The notes under the pieces were generated by a model. The model was not told where the DNA came from. It ran no database searches and saw only the letters and a program-made list of their open reading frames with translations. Shown here piece by piece: positions 1-7,709 of a stretch of 44,996 nucleotides of DNA. The DNA is from a virus (Duplodnaviria; Caudoviricetes), in IMG/VR virus record IMGVR_UViG_3300036713_000269, positions 1 to 44,996 of that record, one strand, 5' to 3'. The position numbers and the translations under genes were made by a program. Positions within the stretch are counted from its first letter, which is position 1. Every line of letters begins with the position of its first letter.

Positions 1-150
1 CCGCAGAAGAACCAGCAGGTCGTGCCGCAGCCGAACCTCATCGTGCGGCGCAGCGGCATCTTCAGAGGGAAGCAGGCGTTGCTGTACCTCTACATTCACC
101 CCGACAACAAACTGGGCATCTCCGCGCTGCCCGAGGAGGAAGGCTGGTGA
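1..150 (+). CDS. 3' fragment of hypothetical protein (allele of 43422-43799)
   Basis: Near-identical to 43644-43799; ends EEEGW*. Confidence 0.8.
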   Translation, partial: PQKNQQVVPQPNLIVRRSGIFRGKQALLYLYIHPDNKLGISALPEEEGW

Positions 151-152
151 CC

Positions 153-320
153 ATGAAGCAGCTCCGACGAGACGTTCCGAAGACCCAGATGTGTGACTAC
201 CCCTTCGCCGCGCTCCTGAAGGTGTGCCTCTGCAGGGGCTGCGAAGCGTGGCGACGCGAGGAGTACGCCTGGCACCAGAAGCGGGCTCGCCGCCAGGCGA
301 AGGAGGCTGGTCGTGGCTAG
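153..320 (+). CDS. Small Cys-containing hypothetical protein (55 aa, CLCxGC)
   Basis: ATG just after upstream stop; conserved allele at 43802-43969; below the ORF-track cutoff. Confidence 0.75.
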   Translation: MKQLRRDVPKTQMCDYPFAALLKVCLCRGCEAWRREEYAWHQKRARRQAKEAGRG

Positions 321-570
321 TCGCATCGATCACCACGCCATCCTCGCCCTCGCCATGACCATCCGGGGCTCACTGATCGCCCCGATGATTCCCGAGGACC
401 TCGACTTCGACCCGATCCACCAGGCGGTACGAGACATCGCCTACTGCCACGACCAGGCCACCCTGGGCGACTGGGGCGAGGCCGACAAACGCTGGTACAC
501 CAAGGAGGCCCTCGGGTACCTGATCCATCTCGTGAAGCTGCTCGACGACAATCATCCCATCTACCACTAG
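313..570 (+). CDS. Hypothetical protein (MASRIDHH...)
   Basis: SD AGGAGG before GTG; allele at 44167-44421. Confidence 0.8.
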   Translation: MASRIDHHAILALAMTIRGSLIAPMIPEDLDFDPIHQAVRDIAYCHDQATLGDWGEADKRWYTKEALGYLIHLVKLLDDNHPIYH

Positions 571-579
571 GAGGACGAC

Positions 580-879
580 ATGCTGAAGCCCTACATCTGG
601 GTCATCACCCGCGACTTCATCAACGACGGCGCCGGGAACATCGGAGTCATGGGGCCTGCCGACGGCGACCGCACCATGATGGATCACTGGCGCATCCCCG
701 GCACGCTCTGGCGCCTCTACGACGACGACGGCACGCTCTACTACGAGGGCCTGACCTACGCCACCTACTGGGACGACGAGACCGACTTCGCGCCCCTCGA
801 CAACTTCGGCATGCCGAACGACGGCTGTACCGAAATCCGCTACCTCAACGAGTTCAACAACACATGGGAGACCCTATGA
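580..879 (+). CDS. Conserved phage hypothetical protein (RLYDDDG-LYYEG...PLDNFG-PN-GCT motif)
   Basis: SD AGGAGG; motif I recall from small phage proteins; high GC3 codon usage. Confidence 0.8.
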   Translation: MLKPYIWVITRDFINDGAGNIGVMGPADGDRTMMDHWRIPGTLWRLYDDDGTLYYEGLTYATYWDDETDFAPLDNFGMPNDGCTEIRYLNEFNNTWETL

Positions 880-1100
880 GCATCACCATCCTGCATCTGT
901 GCGCACCCAGCGACCCCAGCGGTAACCCGCAGCGTTGCTACCTCATCCTCGGGGCCGTACAGGGTCCCTTCGTAGTCGACGAGGGCTACCAGGGCTGGCA
1001 GGCCGTGCCCGCTCGCTACCGCAACGCCGCCCGAAGCTGCAGCTTCCGCCTCGACATCCCTCGGGCCGAGTACCACCACCTCGTGAAGTGCTGGTCATGA
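876..1100 (+). CDS. Hypothetical protein
   Basis: ATGA coupling at both ends. Confidence 0.75.
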   Translation: MSITILHLCAPSDPSGNPQRCYLILGAVQGPFVVDEGYQGWQAVPARYRNAARSCSFRLDIPRAEYHHLVKCWS

Positions 1101-1249
1101 TCGAGGTACAGAACCTCGTCGACATCGCCAACCGCATCGCCGAGGCCATGGAGCAGCATCGGCACAATGACGTACTCGACCTGATCGAAGACATGGAGGA
1201 AGCCATCATCGACGTTGGCGACATCTGCATAGAGGTGCTGAGCTCATGA
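1097..1249 (+). CDS. Small acidic helical protein (MIEVQNLV...)
   Basis: ATGA coupling to both neighbours. Confidence 0.7.
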   Translation: MIEVQNLVDIANRIAEAMEQHRHNDVLDLIEDMEEAIIDVGDICIEVLSS

Positions 1250-2106
1250 AGATCACCCCGGAAGATCGCGCCAACGGCATCGACCTCTGTGAACGCTGCG
1301 GCTTCATCGAGGTCCTCCCAGCAGAGCCTCATCCGGCGAACTGTGCCGAACTGCTCGGCCCCAAACCGCCGAGGGCCACGATCCACAACGTGCTCCACTA
1401 CAACGGCAGCTACACCTACAAGGTCACGCCGCTGGTCACCCACGACTCGAAGCTCCGCGGATGCGCTTGCACCTGGGCCAGCCCCAACACGTGCCCTACG
1501 CGCTGCAAGCTGAAGTGGACCAAGAAGTGCTACGCCGTCGCCGGCATGAACACGCGCCGGGTCTGGGTCAGCTGCGACATGGAGCTGGCAGATGCGTTCA
1601 AGGCCATCAGGGACCTGCCTCGGAGCCGACCCGTTCGCCTCCACGTCGCCGGTGACTTCCCGACCTTCAGTGCCTCCGACGAGTCCCGAGGCTGCGCACA
1701 CGGTCGGCTCCGCGACGTCAAGGTCATCGACCGCTGGAACGAGATGCTCGACGGACGCCCCGCATGGACCTACACCCACATCGACCTCGATGGCCACATC
1801 GAGAACTACAAGGCCGTCAACGCCTCGAACATGAGTCAGTACGGCATGGTCGTCAACGCCTCCACCGACACGCTCGGGGAGGCGCTCGCACTCAAGCGAC
1901 GCCACCCGGCGCTGCCAGTCGTCACGATCGTGCCCCACGACTTCCCGCGAGGCTCGATCATGACCCAGGACAGGGAGGTGTACGCCTGCCCAGGTGGACG
2001 CTGCATCGACTGCATGATCTGCGCTGACCCCAGCCCCCGACGGCCCATCGTTGCGTTCCCAGCCCACGGACCCAGAAACTCAGCAGCACTCAACCAACTC
2101 AGCTAA
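1246..2106 (+). CDS. Gp88/DUF7227-like Cys-rich (putative Fe-S) phage protein
   Basis: CPxxC..CYA, RLHVAGDF, WTYTH, VNAS, CP..CxxCxxC and FPAHG motifs. Confidence 0.65.
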   Translation: MKITPEDRANGIDLCERCGFIEVLPAEPHPANCAELLGPKPPRATIHNVLHYNGSYTYKVTPLVTHDSKLRGCACTWASPNTCPTRCKLKWTKKCYAVAGMNTRRVWVSCDMELADAFKAIRDLPRSRPVRLHVAGDFPTFSASDESRGCAHGRLRDVKVIDRWNEMLDGRPAWTYTHIDLDGHIENYKAVNASNMSQYGMVVNASTDTLGEALALKRRHPALPVVTIVPHDFPRGSIMTQDREVYACPGGRCIDCMICADPSPRRPIVAFPAHGPRNSAALNQLS

Positions 2107-2119
2107 CAGGAGATTCAGC

Positions 2120-2428
2120 ATGACGAGCATCGAAGAGCAGAAGCAGACGATCGAGAACGTGGCCAGCAACGCCAAGGGTTTCATCGACGACCTCAGGTTC
2201 CTCGCCCTCAAGCGGCTCGATCGTCCCAACATCCAGGACGAGCTGGACAGCATCCGCGAGGAGTTGTCGGAGCTGAAGTCCACGGCCTCCGACTGCAACT
2301 CGGCGGCGTCCCAGCTGGAGGCGGACGCTCAGGAGGCAGCGGCCTACGCCCAGGACCTGGGAGGAGGCGTCGAGGACATCGAGATGCGGGTCGAGGCGCT
2401 CCTCTCGACACTGCGGGGAGTGGCCTGA
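2120..2428 (+). CDS. Coiled-coil hypothetical protein
   Basis: SD AGGAG; heptad-like acidic sequence. Confidence 0.75.
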   Translation: MTSIEEQKQTIENVASNAKGFIDDLRFLALKRLDRPNIQDELDSIREELSELKSTASDCNSAASQLEADAQEAAAYAQDLGGGVEDIEMRVEALLSTLRGVA

Positions 2429-2467
2429 TGTCGGGGCTCCGTCACGGAGCGGAGGGAGACGAGGTCG

Positions 2468-2563
2468 GTGGTGTATGACGCACTCATAGCGGCCGTCGTG
2501 GCCCTCGCGTTCATGTGGGGCGTCGCCGTACTGGAAGGCGCCTGCGACAAACGTAGGAAGTAG
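2468..2563 (+). CDS. Possible small membrane peptide (31 aa)
   Basis: SD GAGGT; hydrophobic stretch then KRRK; followed by a hairpin at ~2569-2604. Confidence 0.4.
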   Translation: MVYDALIAAVVALAFMWGVAVLEGACDKRRK

Positions 2564-2790
2564 AGAGTGAGCCCGCCGGCCAGTGGGTAGCTGGTCGGTG
2601 GGCTGTCTCACTTTTGAGACGTGTTGCTCAGTGCTCCATAGTTGAGAAGTCGAAATATTCTAACCACCGCTGAGCCTTTTGAGGGTTTTGAGAGCTTTTT
2701 TCTAAGTGCTTCTCACGTTACGTAGAGGTAACACCACCGACGCGTGACAGCGTGGCCTCATTATAGTTCCAACACTCTAGTAGGAGTTTC

Positions 2791-2818
2791 GGGCGAAAGA
2801 AGGTGAGGGGTGTAGGAC
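2791..2818 (+). promoter_or_regulatory. Conserved 28-bp upstream motif, copy A (GGGCGAA-N4-GGTRAGRGGTGTAGGAC)
   Basis: Three copies (2791, 3315, 41910) with identical spacing, each upstream of SD + ATG. Confidence 0.7.
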
Positions 2819-2864
2819 CTCACACCTAACGGTTCCTCTACCACATCTCCAAAGGAGACGCATC

Positions 2865-3095
2865 ATGACGAAGACTGAGACGCTCGCGACGACCACGATC
2901 AACTCGGCAGTGGCGACGATCGGCGCCGACAAGGCGGTGCTCGACGTGGCTCTGACCGCGCTGGCCAATCAGTACCGGGCCGCCAAGACGACTCGGGCCA
3001 AGGCGGCGATCACGGCGGCGGCGGCGGCGGTGAAGAAGGCCCTCGGTGCCCCGGCTGACTACAAGGCCTGGCGGGCGCCGAAGAAGGCCGCCTAG
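2865..3095 (+). CDS. Small Ala/Lys-rich basic protein (possible DNA binding)
   Basis: SD AAGGAG; lies between motif A and a terminator. Confidence 0.8.
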   Translation: MTKTETLATTTINSAVATIGADKAVLDVALTALANQYRAAKTTRAKAAITAAAAAVKKALGAPADYKAWRAPKKAA

Positions 3096-3104
3096 GCCAT
3101 CACC

Positions 3105-3144
3105 AAGGGGGCAGGCTCCAAAGCGAGCCTGCCCCCTTTTTCTT
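3105..3144 (+). terminator. Rho-independent terminator
   Basis: AAGGGGGCAGGCTC-caaagc-GAGCCTGCCCCCTT plus T-tract. Confidence 0.85.
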
Positions 3145-3314
3145 GCTTCCGACGGTGGCGGAGGAAAGGAGCGCGAGGCTTCGCCTCGCGACCATCCAGA
3201 GGCAGATGGCCCGCCTGAGCGGGCCCTGGGGGCAGGCGCTGCGCGCCTGCCCCCAGAGTGCCGGACCGCGCCCACCCCCCGCCCCCGGAGGGGACAAGAT
3301 CCAGAGGGAAGGGA

Positions 3315-3342
3315 GGGCGAAACCAGGTAAGAGGTGTAGGAC
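3315..3342 (+). promoter_or_regulatory. Conserved 28-bp upstream motif, copy B
   Basis: GGGCGAAaccaGGTAAGAGGTGTAGGAC. Confidence 0.7.
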
Positions 3343-3368
3343 CTCTACCACAACCTTAGGAGGACCAC

Positions 3369-3638
3369 ATGAACTCTGACAGCAACTGCTGCCTCACTGC
3401 TGACGACCTCGGCGACTGCGGGCTCCCGCTCTGCTCCCACGCCGCCACCGTCGCCATGGCTTTCGCCTACGGCGAAAGCTGCTGCGCCGGCTGCGCCGAC
3501 GGCGCCCGCAGGGCCTCCGTCGTCCTCACGGCCTGCGGCCGCGAGGACGACATGCAGCCCTGCGGGAAGCCGCACTGCCTCCTCGGCGTCTGCGACTCCT
3601 GTGAGGCCAATCCGTACTCCGGCTGCCCCACCGCTTAG
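3369..3638 (+). CDS. Cys-rich small protein (13 Cys in 89 aa)
   Basis: SD AGGAGG; lies between motif B and a terminator. Confidence 0.8.
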   Translation: MNSDSNCCLTADDLGDCGLPLCSHAATVAMAFAYGESCCAGCADGARRASVVLTACGREDDMQPCGKPHCLLGVCDSCEANPYSGCPTA

Positions 3639-3650
3639 CTGCTTCCCACC

Positions 3651-3688
3651 AAGGGGGCAGGCGCTACGCGCCTGCCCCCTTTTTCTTG
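3651..3688 (+). terminator. Rho-independent terminator (paralog of 3105-3144)
   Basis: AAGGGGGCAGGCGC-tac-GCGCCTGCCCCCTT plus T-tract. Confidence 0.85.
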
Positions 3689-3707
3689 GCACAATCGGTG
3701 TCGGAGG

Positions 3708-3841
3708 CGCAACAACGCAACAGCAGACTGTTGCATTGTTGCACCCAGAGGCGTTGCATACGCAACACTCGCAAGCTCGTGTTGCATACGCAACGCCCCG
3801 AGGCTGTTGCATGCGCAACGCTACGCGTTGCACACGACAAC
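3708..3841. repeat. Array of GTTGC-N4-GCAAC palindromes
   Basis: Copies at 3753, 3781 and 3806, a degenerate copy at 3827, and a 15-bp inverted repeat at ~3708-3742. Confidence 0.85.
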
Positions 3842-4083
3842 AGCCCCTACCATCCAGCTCGCCGACCGGTACCCCCCTGGGGGGGGGTATCGGTCGGCGA
3901 GCCCCTCTATCGGAAACTCTATATTCATCTCGTCTGCCGGGAGAGAAAAAAAATGGTATGGTGCGGGGGAGGGTACGCCGATGGTAGCGCGCCAGCAAGG
4001 AGTCGGATGGTACCCTCACCCTCCATCAAAGTTGCCCCCTGCTAACTTTCCATGCTAACCTCCCGCGCAGGGGGGACACTGTC

Positions 4084-4296
4084 ATGGACATCTACTTCCG
4101 AGCGGGCACCCGGCTGTACAACATGAGCCAGGTGTCGATGATCGAGGAGCGTATCGAGTCGCCCGGTTCTCAGAGCTACCTGGTCCTCACTCTGCCCGAC
4201 GGCGTGAAGGTGAAGGGGCCGAAGATGGGGCTGTCGTCGTTCCAGGCGGCCCTGATCGAGGCCGGCGCCAGGGTCTACACCCGAGGGGGCGTCTGA
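4084..4296 (+). CDS. Hypothetical protein
   Basis: SD-like GGGGGA; codon usage. Confidence 0.7.
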   Translation: MDIYFRAGTRLYNMSQVSMIEERIESPGSQSYLVLTLPDGVKVKGPKMGLSSFQAALIEAGARVYTRGGV

Positions 4297-4297
4297 C

Positions 4298-4921
4298 GTG
4301 GCGTACCACAGATGGACGTCGGAGCAGGAGGGGCTGGAGACGATCCGGTTCAAGAAGGGGGGCCGCTCCTGCGTCGGGCTGTGGCGAGACGGGGCCTGGA
4401 CCCGAAAAGCCGCCGACTTCTGGAGCAAGTGCCTCAAGCACCCCGAGCGGTTCAAGGGCTGGCACGTCGACATTCCCCCCGGCCGGACTAAACACACGCC
4501 CAACATCACGCCCCGGGGCGTGAAGGTCATCCGGGCAACGCCCCCAAAGGGGCGCCCTACGTCACTGGTCTTCCCTCGGCCCTTCATGCCCGAGCGGCTG
4601 GCCCGTCAACTGAAAGAGATGTACCCAGATCCGGCCCGTGCCCTCGGCAACCGACTGCGCGCCGCCCGAAAGCGGCGCGGGCTCTCACAGAAGGAGCTGG
4701 CGGCACGCCTGGGCATCTCGGTCAGCTTCGTTCAGAAGATCGAGAATAGCGTACGTTCTCCGGGCGCAGACCTGCTCGCCCGAGTTCGGAACTTCATCAG
4801 CAGGACACCGCGAGGAGATACCAATGTCGAAGCAGAGCATCCCGAACGTCAAGGGGAAGGGCAACCACAAGAAGGGTCCGCTGCCGGTGAAGCCGAAGAA
4901 GGGGGCGATGGGGGGCGGTAA
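4298..4921 (+). CDS. XRE-family HTH-domain protein
   Basis: LGNRLRAARKRRGLSQKELAARLGISVSFVQKIEN. Confidence 0.8.
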   Translation: MAYHRWTSEQEGLETIRFKKGGRSCVGLWRDGAWTRKAADFWSKCLKHPERFKGWHVDIPPGRTKHTPNITPRGVKVIRATPPKGRPTSLVFPRPFMPERLARQLKEMYPDPARALGNRLRAARKRRGLSQKELAARLGISVSFVQKIENSVRSPGADLLARVRNFISRTPRGDTNVEAEHPERQGEGQPQEGSAAGEAEEGGDGGR

Positions 4922-4961
4922 CATGGACATCTACAAGCCCAAGATGAAGAAGGGGGCCTAG
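4824..4961 (+). CDS. Small Lys-rich peptide (MSKQSIPNVK...)
   Basis: Strong SD GAGGAG; overlaps 3' end of the HTH gene. Confidence 0.6.
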   Translation: MSKQSIPNVKGKGNHKKGPLPVKPKKGAMGGGNMDIYKPKMKKGA

Positions 4962-4962
4962 C

Positions 4963-5868
4963 ATGCCCGGCTACCAGGCCCCTCCGGCGTGGCAGCAGGG
5001 CGGAGGGTCCTGGCAGCCACCGATGCAACAGCCCGGCGGCTGGCAGACACTTGCCCCTCCTCCGGGCCAAGGCGGAGGTCCCGGCATGGGTCCGCCTCAG
5101 ATGGGTCCGCCGGGCATGGCGGGCGCGGGGGCGAACGATGCCTGGGGTCAGCTGGCGGGTCAGCAGCAGGCCCTGTACGGTCAAGCCCAGGGCCAGTCGC
5201 CGCTCAGTGGCGAGCGCCCGGGCGGCGGCCCAGACGGTGGCCGACAGCCGTGGGGACCGCCCCCCGCAGCCCCGCAGCCCCCCGGCCGCACTGGCCCCAT
5301 CGGCCGTGGCGACGCAGGCGGCTGGAACGCCCAGCCGATGCCCGGTGACCCCATCGCGCAGGAAGCCCCCCAGCCGTGGCAGGACCCGACGGGTCAGTAC
5401 ACGGGCGAGCAGATGGGGCAGTGGACGGACGAGCGCCGGAACAGGTACCAGCAGCGAGCCGACCGTGGCAACCTCGCCGGGCAGGGCGGGAACTTCGACC
5501 AGCAGAGTCCTCCGGCCCCCGACCCGATGACTCCCGACCCCTACGGGGGCCAGCGTGGCACCGGGACGGCCCTGCCGGCGAACGGTGGGCGCGAGGCGCA
5601 GGTCCAGATGAAGCCTGGCGGGAACAAGGCAGCGATGCAGGAGTGGCGTCGGAGCAACAACCCCGACCAGAACAAGCAGAACCAGCGGAAGTGGGCGAAC
5701 GCCAACAGGAAGAAGAAGAACATCAAGAACGGCACCCAGCAGAAGGGTGGCCTCCAGAAGGACACGATGGGTCCGTCTGGCGGGATGGGTAATTCGTTCC
5801 AGAAGGAATCAATGGGGCGAACGAGCAAGAGCTTCCAGAAATCGAAGTTCGGAAGGAGTGGGTACTGA
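4963..5868 (+). CDS. Gly/Pro/Gln-rich low-complexity protein with basic C-terminus
   Basis: 301-aa ORF tightly packed between neighbours. Confidence 0.75.
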   Translation: MPGYQAPPAWQQGGGSWQPPMQQPGGWQTLAPPPGQGGGPGMGPPQMGPPGMAGAGANDAWGQLAGQQQALYGQAQGQSPLSGERPGGGPDGGRQPWGPPPAAPQPPGRTGPIGRGDAGGWNAQPMPGDPIAQEAPQPWQDPTGQYTGEQMGQWTDERRNRYQQRADRGNLAGQGGNFDQQSPPAPDPMTPDPYGGQRGTGTALPANGGREAQVQMKPGGNKAAMQEWRRSNNPDQNKQNQRKWANANRKKKNIKNGTQQKGGLQKDTMGPSGGMGNSFQKESMGRTSKSFQKSKFGRSGY

Positions 5869-6230
5869 TGGGAAATCCATTTTCGGCACTGAGTGGGGAG
5901 CGGCGCAAGCCCGTGAACCTGGAGGAAGTTCCTCCCGACTCCAACTGGCAGACTCCGGCGAACAGACTCCCGACAGTCACGGGGCTCGACGCTTTGTCCC
6001 AGGACGGCATGGGAAACTACGGGATCGTCGATTCCCTGAAGGCGAACAAAACGTCGAGGTTGGGGAATGGCGAGATCGAGCAGGCGGTCGCCTACATCGC
6101 CCAGAGCGAGCCCGACTCGCCTGTCGGCCAGCTCGCCGCGAGGGCGATCGAGGTCGGTGACTACGACTGGATGGAGAAAGCCCTGACGATGTGGCAGAAG
6201 GGGCGCGCCGGCGCATCCTACGTGGGCTGA
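5868..6230 (+). CDS. Hypothetical protein
   Basis: TGATG coupling on both sides. Confidence 0.75.
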   Translation: MGNPFSALSGERRKPVNLEEVPPDSNWQTPANRLPTVTGLDALSQDGMGNYGIVDSLKANKTSRLGNGEIEQAVAYIAQSEPDSPVGQLAARAIEVGDYDWMEKALTMWQKGRAGASYVG

Positions 6231-7135
6231 TGCCTGGCTACACCCCAGGAGCATTCCGAGGCGGCGCCCCCCCGTCCGGCGGAGGTGGCTACCGCCCCGG
6301 TGCGTTCACCGGCGGGTTTGGGATGTTCGGCGGCGGGCCCGACCCCATGGCGAATCCCGCCATGGCGGACCTCGCCTCCAGGTTCGGGGGCGGCGTGGAC
6401 CTGATGGGCCTGCAGCGAGCGCAGGAGGCTGGATCGCTGGAGGAGCTGATGGCGTCGGGCATGAACCAGGAGCAGGCGCTCAAGGCGTGGTCCCTGCGCC
6501 AGAACCCCAACTCCTCGTTCGCCTACAACCCGAAGGTCAACGCTCGCTCCGGTGACGCCTACGATCCGGAGACGTACGCTCGCAGCGTGTCATCCACTGG
6601 CCCAGGCGGCTGGGGGATGGTCCCGATGTCCTCGGGCGTGGACTACGGGTTCACCGGCCAGCGGCTGGGCGGGCACGGGACCAGGTTCACCGCGACTGGC
6701 TCCGGCGATGTCGATAGTCCCGGCCCCTTCGAGTTCGAGCGTAACGCTCTCGGGCGCGAGCAGGCCGACGGCCCCCAGATGCTGGATCGCATCCAGCACT
6801 GGATGAAGAACTCCAGGACTGCGGGCGCCGGCAAGGCGCTCCTGGGCGGAGCGGCCTCCTGGTTCACCGGCGGAGCGATAGGAGAAGGCGGCATCGACAG
6901 CGGCATCGAGCAGTTCCGGAACCCGGGCCCGACCTGGGACAGCGTCCAGGGGCTGGGGGCCATGCATCAGCTGCCGCTCGGACAGTCCATGCAGGACTCT
7001 GTGGCGAGCAGGTACCTCACGCAGTCCCCGTTCGGCGGGGGGCCCGTGCAAATGCCGCCCGGCTGGATGCCCAGCTACAGTCCGCAGATGCCGGGGTCGC
7101 CCTGGCCCAGTCAGCCGTCGCAGGGTTCGATGTGA
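6230..7135 (+). CDS. Gly-rich low-complexity protein (MPGYTPGAF...)
   Basis: TGATG coupling; 301 aa. Confidence 0.75.
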   Translation: MPGYTPGAFRGGAPPSGGGGYRPGAFTGGFGMFGGGPDPMANPAMADLASRFGGGVDLMGLQRAQEAGSLEELMASGMNQEQALKAWSLRQNPNSSFAYNPKVNARSGDAYDPETYARSVSSTGPGGWGMVPMSSGVDYGFTGQRLGGHGTRFTATGSGDVDSPGPFEFERNALGREQADGPQMLDRIQHWMKNSRTAGAGKALLGGAASWFTGGAIGEGGIDSGIEQFRNPGPTWDSVQGLGAMHQLPLGQSMQDSVASRYLTQSPFGGGPVQMPPGWMPSYSPQMPGSPWPSQPSQGSM

Positions 7136-7650
7136 GGAAGTACTCGTCCCCCGAGATGTCCGAGTTCATGGCGAACTACGGGCGCTATGGGCAGGGGCAG
7201 GAGGCGGAAGCCTACGCCGAGAAGTCCGGTCGGGCGACTCGGGAGCAGGTCAAGGCGTGGAGAGCCGAGAACGCGCACTTCGACATGAGGTGCGAGAAGT
7301 TGAAGACTCACGCCCCCCTCACCGAGACCAAGGACGAGTTCCTAGCCCTTCTGCGCGAGCACCGGTGCCGAGTGACGGCCGCGAAGGCCGTGGGGGAGAA
7401 ATGGAAGACCGTTCGCTACTGGCTGAAGAGCGACTCGAAGTTCCGGAAGAAGTATGACGAGGTCGAGCAGGAGTGGGTCGCCATCATCGAGGACGCGAGG
7501 ATGCGGGCCGCGATGGACGGCCACAACGCGGCAATCACGGCCTTCCTCTCTCGGCGCGAGACCGCCCTCCCGACGTCTCGCGGGGTTTCTGCTGAGGCGC
7601 TGGCGGCAGCCAACGCCTCGTTCGATGCGAGGGAAGAGGTGAGCAACTGA
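7132..7650 (+). CDS. Probable terminase small subunit
   Basis: Immediately before TerL; HTH-like VTAAKAVG..TVRYWLKSDSKF and helical C-terminus. Confidence 0.7.
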   Translation: MRKYSSPEMSEFMANYGRYGQGQEAEAYAEKSGRATREQVKAWRAENAHFDMRCEKLKTHAPLTETKDEFLALLREHRCRVTAAKAVGEKWKTVRYWLKSDSKFRKKYDEVEQEWVAIIEDARMRAAMDGHNAAITAFLSRRETALPTSRGVSAEALAAANASFDAREEVSN

Positions 7651-7709
7651 GCCTTCCCGGTATCGGGAACCTCCCCACCAGGCCCCATCGCAATGGGCTC
7701 GGCGGGACC

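Larger units (their letters stand above)
1..687 (+). repeat. Imperfect terminal redundancy with 43644-44996; 589-687 identical to 44898-44996
   Basis: By-eye alignment: 1-324 ~ 43644-43973, 309-583 ~ 44163-44434, 589-687 = 44898-44996 (99 bp exact). Confidence 0.95.

Noticed and set aside
1-588. Diversity-generating retroelement template/variable repeat pair with 43644-44434
   Set aside because: Mismatches are not adenine-specific, include indels, and no reverse transcriptase is present.
3708-3841. CRISPR-like mini-array
   Set aside because: Repeats are only 14 bp with 7-14 bp gaps; no spacer-length units and no cas genes.
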